Below, in pieces: positions 30,703 to 32,000 of a DNA stretch of 32,000 nt. The notes beneath the pieces are model-generated. The model did no database searches, was not told the origin of the DNA, and saw only the letters and a list, made by a program, of their open reading frames with translations. The stretch is taken from contig NZ_CP089977.1 in NCBI RefSeq assembly GCF_025643275.1, positions 2,040,001 to 2,072,000 of the forward strand, written 5' to 3'. Made by a program: the position numbers and the translations under genes. The stretch is from Moraxella nasicaprae (GTDB lineage: Bacteria > Pseudomonadota > Gammaproteobacteria > Pseudomonadales > Moraxellaceae). The stretch's first letter is position 1; every line of letters starts with the position of its first letter.

Positions 30703-32000
30703 ATGTCTTTTCATCACGGCACCGAAACCAAACGCATTGACGGTGGTTCTAGCCCTGTCTATACCGTTAATGGGGCGATTACCGCCATTGTGGGGACTGC
30801 CCCCATTGGTGATGTCAATGTGCTAACCCTATGCCAAACCACCAAAGACTTTGCCAAGTTTGGCGGAGACGAGGCGACCCGTGCAGGCTTTACCTTGCCT
30901 GATGCTGGCCATATCTGGACACGCTACAAGGCAGGCATTGCTTATGTGGTCAATGTCTGCGACCCTGCTCGTCACAAAACTGTGGTTACTGACGAAGTCT
31001 TGACGGTAGATGCCAATACCTTGACCGCCAAAACAAAAAAGCCAGCTATCCAAAGGGGCTACACCATCAAAGACGGTCAAACCGTGCTAAATGCCAACCA
31101 ATACACCATGAACACGCTGACAGGCGAGATTACCTTTAATGCTCGTCCCACCGCCCCAACGATTAGCTACACTTACACCGACCCTGCCAAAGTTACCGAA
31201 GCTGACATTTTGGGTGGATTTGTAGCAAGCACTGGCAAACGCACAGGCTTAGAGCTTTTGACCGAAGGCTTTGGTAAATTTGGGGCGGACGCCAAAATCA
31301 TCATCATGCCAGAGTATGATAAGACCGACACGGCAAGTAGTGCGATGATTACCATGGCAAATAAATTAAACGCCATCACCTACTACAACGCCCCCAAAGG
31401 CACAAGCCTATCTGCTGTCCTACAAGGGTGTGGAGCAAGTGGCACGATTAACTTTAACACAAGTTCCGACCGTGCCGAGCTGTGTTATCCGTATGTCGTG
31501 GGTATTTTGGGTACAGAACACCTTGCCACGCATTTGGCAGGTCTGCGTATGAAAGTGGATGTGGATAAAGGCTACTGGCATTCAAAATCCAACCACGAGC
31601 TACTTGGTGTAACTGCCCTAGAAATCCCTTTGACCGCTCGTATTGATGACCCACAGTCTGAGACCAACCGCCTAAACGAAAAAGGCATTACCACCGTCTT
31701 TAATAGCTATGGTACAGGCTTTCGTGCTTGGGGCAACCGTTTAGCGTGCTTTCCGTCTGTCAGTCATCCCAAAAACTTTGAAGTGGCTCAACGCACAGGC
31801 GACATCATTGATGAGTCTATCCGTCAGTTTGAGCTGCAATATGTGGACAGACCGATTGATGATGCTCTGATTGATAGTCTTATCGAGGGTATTCGTACTT
31901 ATTTGGGAACGCTTAAATCCATTGTTGGCTATTCGGTAGGGCTAGACTACGATTATGACCTTGTGGACGCATTTAGTAAGGGGCAAATTCCGCTCGTTTA
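30703..32000 (+). CDS. Contractile tail sheath protein (Mu L-like), 3' end beyond the window
   Basis: This ORF is not in the ORF track because it never closes. ATG 30703 follows AAGGAG, and frame 1 stays open to base 32000. The translation (MSFHHGTETKRIDGG...GKRTGLELL...GITTVFNSYGTGFRAWGNR...) carries sheath-family hallmarks. Confidence 0.8.
   Translation, partial: MSFHHGTETKRIDGGSSPVYTVNGAITAIVGTAPIGDVNVLTLCQTTKDFAKFGGDEATRAGFTLPDAGHIWTRYKAGIAYVVNVCDPARHKTVVTDEVLTVDANTLTAKTKKPAIQRGYTIKDGQTVLNANQYTMNTLTGEITFNARPTAPTISYTYTDPAKVTEADILGGFVASTGKRTGLELLTEGFGKFGADAKIIIMPEYDKTDTASSAMITMANKLNAITYYNAPKGTSLSAVLQGCGASGTINFNTSSDRAELCYPYVVGILGTEHLATHLAGLRMKVDVDKGYWHSKSNHELLGVTALEIPLTARIDDPQSETNRLNEKGITTVFNSYGTGFRAWGNRLACFPSVSHPKNFEVAQRTGDIIDESIRQFELQYVDRPIDDALIDSLIEGIRTYLGTLKSIVGYSVGLDYDYDLVDAFSKGQIPLV

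Larger units (their letters stand above)
10541..32000. mobile_element. Mu-like transposable prophage (left boundary approximate; continues beyond the window)
   Basis: A complete Mu-type early region (repressor, Ner-like, DDE transposase, AAA+ B, Gam, GemA, Mor) plus Mu-type terminase, portal, F, G, I and sheath genes. Composition changes abruptly near 10.55 kb. Confidence 0.85.

Overview
The window has two very different halves.

(1) Bases 1 to ~10.5 kb are a visibly AT-rich polymorphic-toxin island.
- It opens with the 3' end of a CdiA/TpsA-type exoprotein gene, whose frame is open from base 2. The gene has a VENN-type pretoxin boundary (here VEWN), a C-terminal toxin tip and an overlapping small immunity gene.
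- Three start-less orphan toxin-tip/immunity cassettes follow. Two of them are interrupted at homopolymer tracts. A ~32-70 nt repeat marks the cassette junctions.
- A bidirectional terminator comes next.
- The minus strand then carries a TpsB/CdiB-type outer-membrane transporter. It is preceded by a toxin-less Hint-domain orphan fragment and by a tightly coupled colicin-M-like toxin / membrane-anchored immunity pair.

(2) From ~10.6 kb to the window end, and continuing beyond it, lies a Mu-like transposable prophage.
- Recognisable genes are the repressor, a Ner-like gene, DDE transposase A, AAA+ B, Gam, HU, GemA, Mor, protease-scaffold I, capsid, head-completion genes and the tail sheath.
- The complete lysis-terminase-portal-F-G block, which is the Plys late operon in Mu, is not between mor and I. 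It lies inverted, to the left of the repressor.
- The leaders of that block and of the I operon share a conserved activator-type promoter with identical internal spacing.

Other signals:
- A near-consensus sigma70 promoter drives a ~95-nt structured, terminator-ended RNA. It is antisense to the F-G intergenic region and carries a tRNA-like T-arm.
- A zinc-ribbon membrane protein is translationally coupled to the repressor. A ~15-aa motif is repeated across that gene junction.
- Secreted and lipoprotein moron genes sit between the repressor operon and the lysis block.
- Phased C/A tracts lie upstream of the head operon.

No rRNA, canonical tRNA or CRISPR array was found. The host is probably an AT-rich gammaproteobacterium (Moraxellaceae-like), but that is a guess. 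All functional calls rest on by-eye motif recognition, not on database searches.
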